From contig CBDCCS010000018.1 of the NCBI GenBank assembly GCA_965214935.1, positions 96,001 through 160,000 of the forward strand: DNA of 64,000 nucleotides. Reading direction: 5' to 3'. Position 1 is the stretch's first letter. Every line of letters begins with the position of its first letter. The DNA comes from Candidatus Velthaea sp. (GTDB taxonomy: Bacteria; Vulcanimicrobiota; Vulcanimicrobiia; Vulcanimicrobiales; Vulcanimicrobiaceae). Both the position numbers and the translations under genes were made by a program. The notes below the pieces were generated by a model. The model saw only the letters and a program-made list of their open reading frames with translations. It did not search any database and had not been told where the DNA came from. Positions 11,075-19,653 of this stretch are shown here, piece by piece.

Positions 11075-11665
11075 CTAGGGGTGCGGCAGCGCCTCGATAG
11101 CCGCATCGGCCGCGCGCTTAAGCATCGCGGTCGATACTCCGCCTTTTCCAAGCGCTTCAATTCCGCGCAGTGTAGCGAGCAGAAGCATGCCCAGCTTGCG
11201 CGGATCCGCCGACGGGGCGATGTCGCCATGCCGTTGCGCGGCCTCGATCGTCAACGTGAGTGTTTTTGCAAGCTCTTCGAAGGTCGCGCGCGTTTGCGCA
11301 CCGATGACCGGATCCGTTGCGCCGATCTCTGCAGTGGTCTTGGCGATGAAACAGCCGAGACGGCGACTCGACGGCACCGAGTTGACGGACAAAAGGTACA
11401 CGTACTTTCGCAAGCGCTCGTAAGCGCCGGCGTCGGAACCATCGAGTCGCGCATGCGTTTCCTCGGCTGCTTCCCTGCAGTGAACGGCAAACACGCGTTC
11501 AAACAATTCACGTTTGCCGCCGAAAGCAGCATACAGACTGCCTTTGCCTAAACCGGTTGCGGCCGTTAGGTCGTCCATCGACGTTCCTTCGTATCCGCCG
11601 GTCCGGAACGCATCGCGAGCCGATTCCAAAACCTTCATTTCATCGAATGTGCGTGGCCGAGCCAT
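11075..11665 (-). CDS. TetR/AcrR family transcriptional regulator
   Basis: MARPRTFDE...GYEGTSMDDL...GLGKGSLYAAFGGK HTH; divergent from an SDR. Confidence 0.93.
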   Translation of the reverse strand: MARPRTFDEMKVLESARDAFRTGGYEGTSMDDLTAATGLGKGSLYAAFGGKRELFERVFAVHCREAAEETHARLDGSDAGAYERLRKYVYLLSVNSVPSSRRLGCFIAKTTAEIGATDPVIGAQTRATFEELAKTLTLTIEAAQRHGDIAPSADPRKLGMLLLATLRGIEALGKGGVSTAMLKRAADAAIEALPHP

Positions 11666-11680
11666 GAATCCAGTGTAACA
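11666..11680 (-). promoter_or_regulatory. Extended -10 promoter (TG-T-TACACT) 6 nt before the TetR ATG; probable leaderless transcript
   Basis: Minus strand reads TGTTACACTGGATTC-ATG, with no Shine-Dalgarno. Confidence 0.55.
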
Positions 11681-11712
11681 ATTATGGCCGGTCGCGTTTG
11701 TCGAAAGATCGT

Positions 11713-12465
11713 ATGACATCCACGAAGCTCCTCGGTAAAACCGCGCTCGTCACGGGAGGCTCGACTGGTATCGGCTTAGCCACCGCGCAGCGCCTCAGCC
11801 ATGACGGCGCCCGCGTTTTTATAACGGGCCGCCGCCAAGACGAGCTCGACGCCGCCGCGGCGTCGATTCACAACGTAGTCGGGCTGCGCGCCGACTCGGC
11901 GGATCTCGCCGACCTCGATCGCGTGTATGCGACAATAAAGAACGACGCCGGGAAGCTCGACATCCTGTTTGTCAACGCCGGTATCGGATCGTTTGCGGCG
12001 CTCGAAGCAGTCACGGAACAGCACTTTGACTCCATCTTCGGCGTAAATGCCAAAGGCTTGCTCTTCACCGTTCAAAAGGCACTGCCGCTGCTCGTCGACG
12101 GGGCTTCCATCGTCCTTAACGCGTCGGTAACCGGCTCGAAAGGTACTCCGAATTTCGGGGTCTATAGCGCCACAAAAGCAGCCGTACGAAACTTCGCTCG
12201 CACGTGGCTGCTTGAGCTGGCATCACGCAGCATTCGTGTCAACGTCGTCAGTCCGGGGCCGATCGAAACGCCGGCAATCAAAGCGCTGTTGCCGACCGAA
12301 GAAGCGCGTATCGGGTTTAAGAATCACGTCGCATCGTCGGTTCCACTCGGCCGCATGGGCCGGGCCAGCGAGATCGCCTCAGCGGTTTCGTTCCTGGCCT
12401 CAGATGACGCGAGCTACGTCAATGGGATTGAGCTCTTCGTTGACGGCGGCATGGCACAAGTCTGA
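11713..12465 (+). CDS. SDR family NAD(P)-dependent oxidoreductase
   Basis: TGGSTGIG, NAG, YSATK (YxxxK), VSPGPIET, DGG. Confidence 0.94.
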   Translation: MTSTKLLGKTALVTGGSTGIGLATAQRLSHDGARVFITGRRQDELDAAAASIHNVVGLRADSADLADLDRVYATIKNDAGKLDILFVNAGIGSFAALEAVTEQHFDSIFGVNAKGLLFTVQKALPLLVDGASIVLNASVTGSKGTPNFGVYSATKAAVRNFARTWLLELASRSIRVNVVSPGPIETPAIKALLPTEEARIGFKNHVASSVPLGRMGRASEIASAVSFLASDDASYVNGIELFVDGGMAQV

Positions 12466-12607
12466 ACGAGACGGCATCACGTGGCTGCTCGAAGCTGGGC
12501 GGCGGGCACGAGCCGCTCCCTGGGCGGCGTTTCGCTTACAACGGGAGATACACGTAACCGCGCTACGCTGCGCGCAAACGAATAACACGGCCAACGTTCG
12601 ACGCGTG

Positions 12608-12817
12608 TTACCCGCACCGGTCCGGCGGCGGTTCGACGGCTGAGCCGGCGGGCGATCCCAGCGCATTCGCGATAAATTCGGCGGCGTCGGCAGGCGCGCT
12701 TAAATAGCGGCGGCGACCGGTTTCAACCTCTTGGATCGAACCGCGCCACGCGCCTTCGGTAGCTCCGGCGTCGCGCCACATCCGTACTAAAAAGACGCAC
12801 TCGCGCCGCTCCGACAT
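12608..12817 (-). CDS. Small hypothetical protein (69 aa; FLVRMW...WRGSI...TG motif)
   Basis: MSERRECVFLVRMWRDAGATEGAWRGSIQEVETGRRRYL. It fits the gap between the SDR and Yip1 genes and resembles small proteins I recall near BTAD/SARP ATPase genes. Confidence 0.65.
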   Translation of the reverse strand: MSERRECVFLVRMWRDAGATEGAWRGSIQEVETGRRRYLSAPADAAEFIANALGSPAGSAVEPPPDRCG

Positions 12818-12934
12818 CACCGCACCGCTTCTTGCATGTCCCCAGCGTATTGCAGAGCCATGCCGCACGCATGCGGCACGCAACGGCGCTATGCTCCTTG
12901 CAAGCCTCGTATTGCAACGTTCAAAGGAGCACCC

Positions 12935-14218
12935 GTGAACATACTCGATCGCGCGAAGCGTATTTCTCTTTCGCCTCAAGCCGAATGGCCGGTGATCGCG
13001 GCCGAACCGGCATCGTTGGCCGGTATCGTCTCCGGCTACTTCGCACCGTTAGCGGCAATTAGCCCGGTGGCGCTGCTGATCGGTCTATCGGTCGTCGGGG
13101 TGAGCATTCCGTTCGTCGGAACGTATCGCGCCCCGCTCGTCGCTTCGATCGGGCAAGCCGTCTTAACGTTCATTATAATTCTGATCGCGGCCGGCGTGAT
13201 GAGTCTTGTCGCATCGCAGCTTGCGCCCGCGTTCGGGGGCCGGCGCGATCGAATCGCCGGATTTAAATTGATCGGTTATTCATATACACCCGCGCTCATC
13301 GCGGGCGTGCTCGGTATCTTGCCGCCGCTAACATTTCTCGAAATCTTCGCCGCGTTTTGGACCTTATACGTCTTTTACCGGGGCGCAACGCCGCTGGCAT
13401 TGAGCGCGCCCGGCAAGGCGGTTGCGTACACGGCGGCGTGCGTCGCTTGCGGTATTGCGCTGGGCTTCGTGTTGATGCTTGCCGGCGGCGCAGTCGGTCT
13501 TGCCTCCGGCGCGTTCGCGCATCATTCGTCGCTCGAATCGGTGTCGAGCGAAGCGCAGGCGCGCGGCGTCGTCGCGGGCGTTCTCGGCGCTGCGATGGGT
13601 GGCGGTAACGATAATACCCAGAGCGCCCAAAAGGTCGTCGATAGCGTCGCCGCGGCGGGCGATGAAGCGCGCACGGCGGCCGGCAGCAACGATCCGGCTG
13701 CCCAAACGCAAGCCGGAATTCAGGCGTTGAGCGCGCTCGTGCATGGCGGCAAAGATGCGGTCAAGCCCGTCGCGCATAGCGATCTCAAGACGCTGTTGCC
13801 GCAATCTGCCGGCGGTCTGCCGCGCGTCGCTGCCGAGGGTTCGTCGGGTTCATTTGCCAGCATCGCCGCCTCGTCGGCCGATGCGAAGTACGAATCGGCT
13901 GACGGCAAATCGATCGACCTTAGCGTTGCGGATCTCGGCAATATGGGCGGAATCGCCGCCATTGCCAACATGGCTGCGACGTTGCAAGTCGAGAGCGATA
14001 GCGATGCGGGTTATGAAAAGAACGTCGACGTCGACGGCCGGCGCGTACATGAGAAGTGGACGAACGCCGGCAAGCGCAGCGAATTGCTGGAGATCGTCGA
14101 TAACCGTTACGCCGTCAGCGTCGATGGCGCCGGCCTCGATATGGAACCGGTCCTCGGCGCCCTGCGCGCTGTCGATATGGCCAAGTTTCAGGGTCTTGGA
14201 GCCGCAAGCAGTAAATAA
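12935..14218 (+). CDS. Yip1 family membrane protein with C-terminal soluble domain
   Basis: GTG at 12935 after AAAGGAG; ILDRAKRISLSPQAEWPVIAAE, APAFGG, YSYTP Yip1 signature; about 5 TM followed by an Ala/Gly/Ser-rich soluble domain. Confidence 0.85.
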   Translation: MNILDRAKRISLSPQAEWPVIAAEPASLAGIVSGYFAPLAAISPVALLIGLSVVGVSIPFVGTYRAPLVASIGQAVLTFIIILIAAGVMSLVASQLAPAFGGRRDRIAGFKLIGYSYTPALIAGVLGILPPLTFLEIFAAFWTLYVFYRGATPLALSAPGKAVAYTAACVACGIALGFVLMLAGGAVGLASGAFAHHSSLESVSSEAQARGVVAGVLGAAMGGGNDNTQSAQKVVDSVAAAGDEARTAAGSNDPAAQTQAGIQALSALVHGGKDAVKPVAHSDLKTLLPQSAGGLPRVAAEGSSGSFASIAASSADAKYESADGKSIDLSVADLGNMGGIAAIANMAATLQVESDSDAGYEKNVDVDGRRVHEKWTNAGKRSELLEIVDNRYAVSVDGAGLDMEPVLGALRAVDMAKFQGLGAASSK

Positions 14219-14259
14219 CAGCGGGGTGAGCTTACTTGCCCTAATTTCGGCGAGTTGAA

Positions 14260-17200
14260 ATGAGCGAATCCGCAGCGGGTCAAGCGCGGACGTTAGCCGG
14301 CGCACGTCACGGTCAGCTTGACATCCGGCTCTTCGGCCAAGCTCAGATGTGCTGGAACGGTACTGCGCTCAAGTTCGCGAAACGTAATCGTACGATCGCA
14401 ATGCTCGCGCGAATTATTTTGCAGCGCGGCGCTCCGATCTCGCGCGACTCACTTGCCTACTCGATTTTCCCCGATGACGACGAAGCAACGGCGCTGGCAG
14501 AGATGCGGCGCTACCTGTACCTTGCCGGCAAGGCGTTACCCGAACGCGCCGGGGAACCGTGGCTCATCGCCGATTCAGATACGGTGCGCTGGAATGCCGA
14601 AGCGGGCGCGACGATCGATGTGATTGCTTTCGAAGAGTTCGCCCGCGATGCGCGTACGCACGATCGTGCGTTCGATCTTTATACCGGCGACTTACTCGAG
14701 GAGATTTACGATGAGTGGATCGTTGCCGAACGGGAGCGCTTGCGTGCGCGCTATCTTGGCATCCTCGATGCGTCGTTAGCGCGCTTTCGTTCCGAACGCA
14801 AATATACGGCGGCGATCGCTTGCGCGAAGCGAACTCTCGCTGCCGATCCATGGCGCGAAGACACGCTGCGAGCGCTCATGAGCACACGCTATGCCGCCGG
14901 CGATACGGCCGGCGCGCTCGCGGAATACGAGCGATTCGCGCGCCAGTTGCGCGATGAACTCTCAATTGCGCCGATGCCTGAAACACTGGCGCTCCGTCAA
15001 TCGATCGTTCGTAACGAAGCCGTTCCGGGTGCGCTCGCGGATCGCCCGGACGAACCCGGGAAGCGCACGCCGGTCAAGCTGTTGCCGTTCGCAGGCCGGA
15101 CGCGCGAAATGACAATGCTCCATGCGGCCTGGACCCGAGCGGCACGCGGTGCCGGAACGTTTGTTTTGATCGAAGGCGAGGCCGGGATCGGCAAGACGCG
15201 GCTTACGGACGAGCTGTCACGTAGCGTGCAGTCCGAAGGTGGACGCGTCTTCGTCGGCACCACGGCAGCGCCCGAATCAACCTCGTATCAAGCCATCATC
15301 GAAGCCTTGCGCTCGGCGATGCCGCTGCTGCTTGCACGGCCGCCGGGGGCGGCGCGGCGCGCAACGCTGGCGCGCCTACTGCCCGAATTACACGATGCGG
15401 CAGCACCCGACATCGCGCCGCCAGCGCAATCTGCCGAGCGCGAACTTGCGCGTCTGTACGACGCGCTTGCCGATGCGGTGCGCCGGTTAGCGTCGCCGCG
15501 CCCGGCGCTCCTGGTCCTCGAAGATCTGCATTGGGCAGGCTCCGCGACGATCGAGGCGCTGGGCGAGATTGCAAGAGAGTTGATTCGCGTTCCGATCATG
15601 ATCGTTGCTACATGTCGCGAAGAAGAAACGCCGGCGCGTCACCCGCTGCGCCTGCTCGTGCGATCGCTGGCAACCTTCGCAAACGTGAGCGAACTGCAAG
15701 TCCCGCGCTTGAGCGTCGATGATCTCAGCGACCTTGTGGCACGCGTCGACCGGTTGCGCGGATGCCCGCCGGCGTTCGCACGCGACTTGCACGTTCAGAG
15801 CGAAGGCAACGCGCTCTTCGTCAGTGAGTTTATCAGCGCTGCGCTCGAAGACGATTGGCACATGCGAACCGACGCCTCGTCGATTACGAGCGTCATCACA
15901 TCGCGCATCGCGCAACTTGGCGAAGTGGCCGTGACCGTCGCTGAGATTGCGGCCGTCGCCGGGCCAGGCTGCAGTATTGGGCTCGTGCGCGACGTTTCGA
16001 ATCTGCCGGCTGCCGAGGTGGCGCGCGGCTTCGACGAATTGCTCGACCGGCGCATTCTGCGCGAAGCCGGCGCGCGCGCACGCTATGACTATGTTTTCAC
16101 GCACCATCTCATCGCCGACGCAATTTACGCCGGAATCAATGCCGATTTGCGTGCGCGGCGGCACTCCCGAATTGCGCATCGGCTCGAAGCCGAACAGCAG
16201 TTGCACTTCCCCATGTCCGAGCGCGAGATCGCGCGCCATCACGAGCGCGCCGGCGAATCCGACGTCGCTGCCGAGTGGTACGTCAAGGCTGCTTCTGCAG
16301 CGGCGCAAATGCACGCTTACGGCGATGTAACCGATTTAGCGACGCTCGCGTTACGCTTATCTCCGAAGCTCGATGTTGCGCGCGCGGCGCTTGATATTCG
16401 TGAACGCGCGTACGGTCTGCGCGGCGAGCGCGCCGGCCAACGTGCCGATATCGATGCCTTGCAGCAGCTCGCCGGCACCGACCCGCGCAGCCGCTTTGAC
16501 GTGCTCATGCGCCGCGTGCTCTTGGCTCGAACGCTCGGAGAATCGGACGAAGAAGGCCGCTTGATCGCCGAGTTGCACCGAGAAACAAAATTCGACGATC
16601 GTGCTCATGCGCAGGCGCTCATTCAAGCCGCCACGCATTCGGGCTTACGCAGCCGCCCCGCCGAAGCCCTCGGTCCGGCTCGCGAAGCGCTGGCCGTGTA
16701 CGAGCGCATCGGCGACGTGCGTGGACAGTTGGAGTGCTTTTACGTTCTGGTCGATCAAACGGCGAACGTCGGCGATCTTACGGCTTCGCGCGCGTACCTT
16801 GCACGAATGCACGATCGCGCTGGGAATCTGTCGGATAAACTTGTCGAATCACGCGCGACGGCCGTCGCTGCCCAGGCCGCTCTCTTGCGCGCCGACTACC
16901 GGGCAAGTTACGACTTGTCCGTCCAAGCGCTGGCGCTGCAAATCGAGACGAACGATCGCGACGGCGAAGCGCAGTCACGCGGGCGCTGCGCTGCGAGCGC
17001 GGCGTGGCTCGGTGATTTTACGATCGCGCTGCGCGACTTTGAACGCGCGTTGGAAACGTACGCAGCGATCGGAAATAAGCGCGGACTTGCGTTGACTCAC
17101 ACCAACCGTACGCTGTTGCTTATGCGACTCGGTCTCTTCGAGGAAGCGTTGGCTTCGATCGAGCAGTCGAACCTGCTCTTCGCCGTCGCGCATGAAGAGC

Positions 17201-17772
17201 GCACGGTCGTTGCAAATCACGTGAATGCAAGCTTCGTCAAATTGCAGTTGGGCGACGCCGGGGCTGCAAAGACCCTGGCCGGTACCGCGCTCGACCTGGC
17301 GCGTACGATCGCCTATCCCGTCTTTGAAGCGGCCGCGCTCGCGAATCTCGGCAATGCCGAACGCGCTTTAGGTCATTTCGACGCAGCGATCGGGCATATG
17401 GAGGCCGGCATCGCACTTCGCCGCCCGTTGCAAGAACCGCGCGACTTCGTGGACGATCTCGCCGATCTTGCGCTCGCGTATGCCGGCGCCGGTCGGAGCG
17501 CGGATGCACTGCTCATTGCGAACGAGTTATGTTCCATCGACGACGGCGCGTTCGGAAGCGCGTTTTGGCCGCATTACCCGCGTTGGGCCATCACTCAGAG
17601 TTTCGCTGCAGCCGGCGACTTCAACCGAGCCAGCGACTCGGCGGCACGCGCGCGATGCGAACTGCAGGCATTCGCCGATCGGATCGACGATCGCCGCGCT
17701 CGCGCCGCCTTTTTGGCGGTCCCGATTAACGTCGAGATTGCCGACACAATCTTCGAGCCACACATCGCCTGA
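14260..17772 (+). CDS. SARP/BTAD + AAA (STAND) ATPase + TPR transcriptional regulator (AfsR-like)
   Basis: N-terminal winged helix and BTAD (LYTGDLL...EWIVAERERLR, DPWRE); Walker A GEAGIGKT; Walker B LLVLEDLHWA; SEGNALF; C-terminal TPR-like helical repeats. Confidence 0.92.
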   Translation: MSESAAGQARTLAGARHGQLDIRLFGQAQMCWNGTALKFAKRNRTIAMLARIILQRGAPISRDSLAYSIFPDDDEATALAEMRRYLYLAGKALPERAGEPWLIADSDTVRWNAEAGATIDVIAFEEFARDARTHDRAFDLYTGDLLEEIYDEWIVAERERLRARYLGILDASLARFRSERKYTAAIACAKRTLAADPWREDTLRALMSTRYAAGDTAGALAEYERFARQLRDELSIAPMPETLALRQSIVRNEAVPGALADRPDEPGKRTPVKLLPFAGRTREMTMLHAAWTRAARGAGTFVLIEGEAGIGKTRLTDELSRSVQSEGGRVFVGTTAAPESTSYQAIIEALRSAMPLLLARPPGAARRATLARLLPELHDAAAPDIAPPAQSAERELARLYDALADAVRRLASPRPALLVLEDLHWAGSATIEALGEIARELIRVPIMIVATCREEETPARHPLRLLVRSLATFANVSELQVPRLSVDDLSDLVARVDRLRGCPPAFARDLHVQSEGNALFVSEFISAALEDDWHMRTDASSITSVITSRIAQLGEVAVTVAEIAAVAGPGCSIGLVRDVSNLPAAEVARGFDELLDRRILREAGARARYDYVFTHHLIADAIYAGINADLRARRHSRIAHRLEAEQQLHFPMSEREIARHHERAGESDVAAEWYVKAASAAAQMHAYGDVTDLATLALRLSPKLDVARAALDIRERAYGLRGERAGQRADIDALQQLAGTDPRSRFDVLMRRVLLARTLGESDEEGRLIAELHRETKFDDRAHAQALIQAATHSGLRSRPAEALGPAREALAVYERIGDVRGQLECFYVLVDQTANVGDLTASRAYLARMHDRAGNLSDKLVESRATAVAAQAALLRADYRASYDLSVQALALQIETNDRDGEAQSRGRCAASAAWLGDFTIALRDFERALETYAAIGNKRGLALTHTNRTLLLMRLGLFEEALASIEQSNLLFAVAHEERTVVANHVNASFVKLQLGDAGAAKTLAGTALDLARTIAYPVFEAAALANLGNAERALGHFDAAIGHMEAGIALRRPLQEPRDFVDDLADLALAYAGAGRSADALLIANELCSIDDGAFGSAFWPHYPRWAITQSFAAAGDFNRASDSAARARCELQAFADRIDDRRARAAFLAVPINVEIADTIFEPHIA

Positions 17773-17796
17773 ACGCAGCCGTTTCTGCAATGTGCG

Positions 17797-18724
17797 CTAT
17801 CGTTCGTGATACCAGCGTAATACGCGCATCGCGCGCAGGGTATTCCAGCGGCTCGCTTTACCGCGTTCTGCTTCCATTCCGAAGTTCAATCGATCGGCAT
17901 GCAGCAGGTTTATCGGCCAGCGGCCATTCTGACGGCGACGAGCTTCGACAATTGAAATTGCCTCGGCTACGCGCTTATCGGGCGTGCATCCGGCGCTGCG
18001 CAAATAATCGAGCCCGCGTAAGATATCGTAGTGCCAGAAAGTCGGAAATGCAAAACGCGTCCAGCGGCGATCGATGATTTCACCGGTCGATAAGCGTCTG
18101 AACATGCGGCGCTCTAGAAGATAGTCGTGGGCCTTGGCGCGCGCATCGGTGACGCCGGATGCGACGCCCCACCTACGTTCGTGCTCGAGCAGACCTTCGA
18201 GAACGCGAATGGTCGAATGAAACGACGAGCGTGTACTGGGTGGCGCTTCGCAGTTCCATCCGCCGTCGGCAAGTTGCTCGTCCAAAAGCCGATCCACGAT
18301 CGCATCGCACCGGACGCCGAAGTAACTGCCGAAAGCAAGAATTGCGCCGTTGATGCATGGTTCCGTTTCGCCGTCGAAATAGGGGCGATCACCCAACGTC
18401 TCCCACGTTAGCTGCAACGAAACGCGCGAGAGCGCGCGACGCGCTTCTACGCTCGAAGGATCGACGCCAAGCTCGCGTAGGAGTGCGAGGGCGTCCATGC
18501 TGATCATCCAGCCGGGGTCGGTGCGACTGCCCCACCAGCCCTCGGGAGCCTGACGATCGAGCAACTCGCGGCCCCAACCTTCCCGAGCGACCCGCGACCG
18601 CTCGCTAGCGACGACGTCAGCCGGCTCACGCGTCACATCGCGCATCACTTGCCAGCGAATCGCCGGATCTCCGGCCAGCAGCCAACGGATTACGCTCGCC
18701 TCGCTGATGACGCTCTTCTTTCAA
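17797..18724 (-). CDS. Prenyltransferase/squalene-cyclase-fold hypothetical protein, 5' end disrupted
   Basis: QAPEGWWG, EQLADGGWNC, WHYDILRGLDY, SRWNTLRAMRV. The family-like N-terminus VIRWLLAGDPAIRWQV lies upstream of the called GTG 18648 in the same frame. The nearest plausible start (TTG 18724) is one base out of frame. Confidence 0.78.
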
Positions 18725-19653
18725 GTTCCCGAGCGAGACAACAGCGCAAGCAGCGTTGCAAGGTACGCCGTCGCTGCGCCGGCAAACGTCGCTGCGGCGT
18801 TGACCAGATCGTTCGACATGCCGTGTAATCCGCGAACCAACATTGTCGGTGAACCACAAACATGTGGATCGGTCTCGCAGGTTCGCTCGCAAACGGGACA
18901 GCGCCGAAGTTCTTGCAGCGTTGCGCCAAGGATTGAATCGATGGTTGCACCTGCAACGCCGCCCGTGACGACCGCTACGATCAGTCGTAGATATTCGTTC
19001 GGCTGCGAGTGAACGATTGCACCATTAGCATGAAATGTAGCGAACGCGGCAACGCTCGCAAACGCAATCCAGCCCGCTCCGGCGACTTCAGCCAACGTTC
19101 CGGCAATGGTGATTCCGCCCGATAGACCCGCTGCAATCGGGCGCAACGTGACGATCGACCGCGGCGTTCCGCGCGCGAGCGTGCCGATCTCGGTTCCCCA
19201 CGTATCGGCGGTCGCTGCCGCATACGCGCCGGCAAACGCCGCGAGCCAACAGACCGGCTGCATCAGCGCAGCGCCGTCCCTCGCGATCGTAGGCGGAGGC
19301 GTGGCAATTGCGTGACTTCCTAGGTGATAAGCGGCAGGGCTTAGTCCGGCAATAACGGCGCAAATCGTCGCAATGCCGCCGTTGGCGAGCACCTGTTGCG
19401 CATCGCGTGCTCCGCCTTTACCAATATCGACCAGCCGTTTCTTGCGTGCCCGGCCAACCCGGCTTAACGCTACCGACGGCAAAAAGAACGCAAGTAACAC
19501 GAGGGCAAATGCAACGCCGCCCGCACCGAACGTAAAGGTGCCGACGACGAATGCCGCAACCGCGCCCCCGCGCGTAAGCGCGCGTGCTCGCAGCGCAAGA
19601 GCCGCGATCGCGCCGGCAAAAAGGGCGCCAAGCCCGAAGGTTGCCGGCGTCAG
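18721..19653 (-). CDS. DUF92 (TMEM19-like) membrane protein with C-terminal Cys/His cluster
   Basis: RDAQQVLANGG, AAATADTWGTEIG, SGGITIAGT, DSILGATLQ, CPVC...HVC, NDLVN. The frame stays open and hydrophobic from GTG 19500 back to CTG 19653, which overlaps the upstream TGA. Confidence 0.88.
   Translation of the reverse strand: MTPATFGLGALFAGAIAALALRARALTRGGAVAAFVVGTFTFGAGGVAFALVLLAFFLPSVALSRVGRARKKRLVDIGKGGARDAQQVLANGGIATICAVIAGLSPAAYHLGSHAIATPPPTIARDGAALMQPVCWLAAFAGAYAAATADTWGTEIGTLARGTPRSIVTLRPIAAGLSGGITIAGTLAEVAGAGWIAFASVAAFATFHANGAIVHSQPNEYLRLIVAVVTGGVAGATIDSILGATLQELRRCPVCERTCETDPHVCGSPTMLVRGLHGMSNDLVNAAATFAGAATAYLATLLALLSRSGT

Noticed and set aside
14260..17772. STAND protein as an Avs-type anti-phage NLR
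   Set aside because: The N-terminus is a DNA-binding wHTH-BTAD module rather than a nuclease, TIR, SIR2 or protease effector.
18721..18723. UGA as selenocysteine between DUF92 and the cyclase-fold gene
   Set aside because: Linker position with no Cys-equivalent context, and I could not recognise a SECIS-like hairpin after it.
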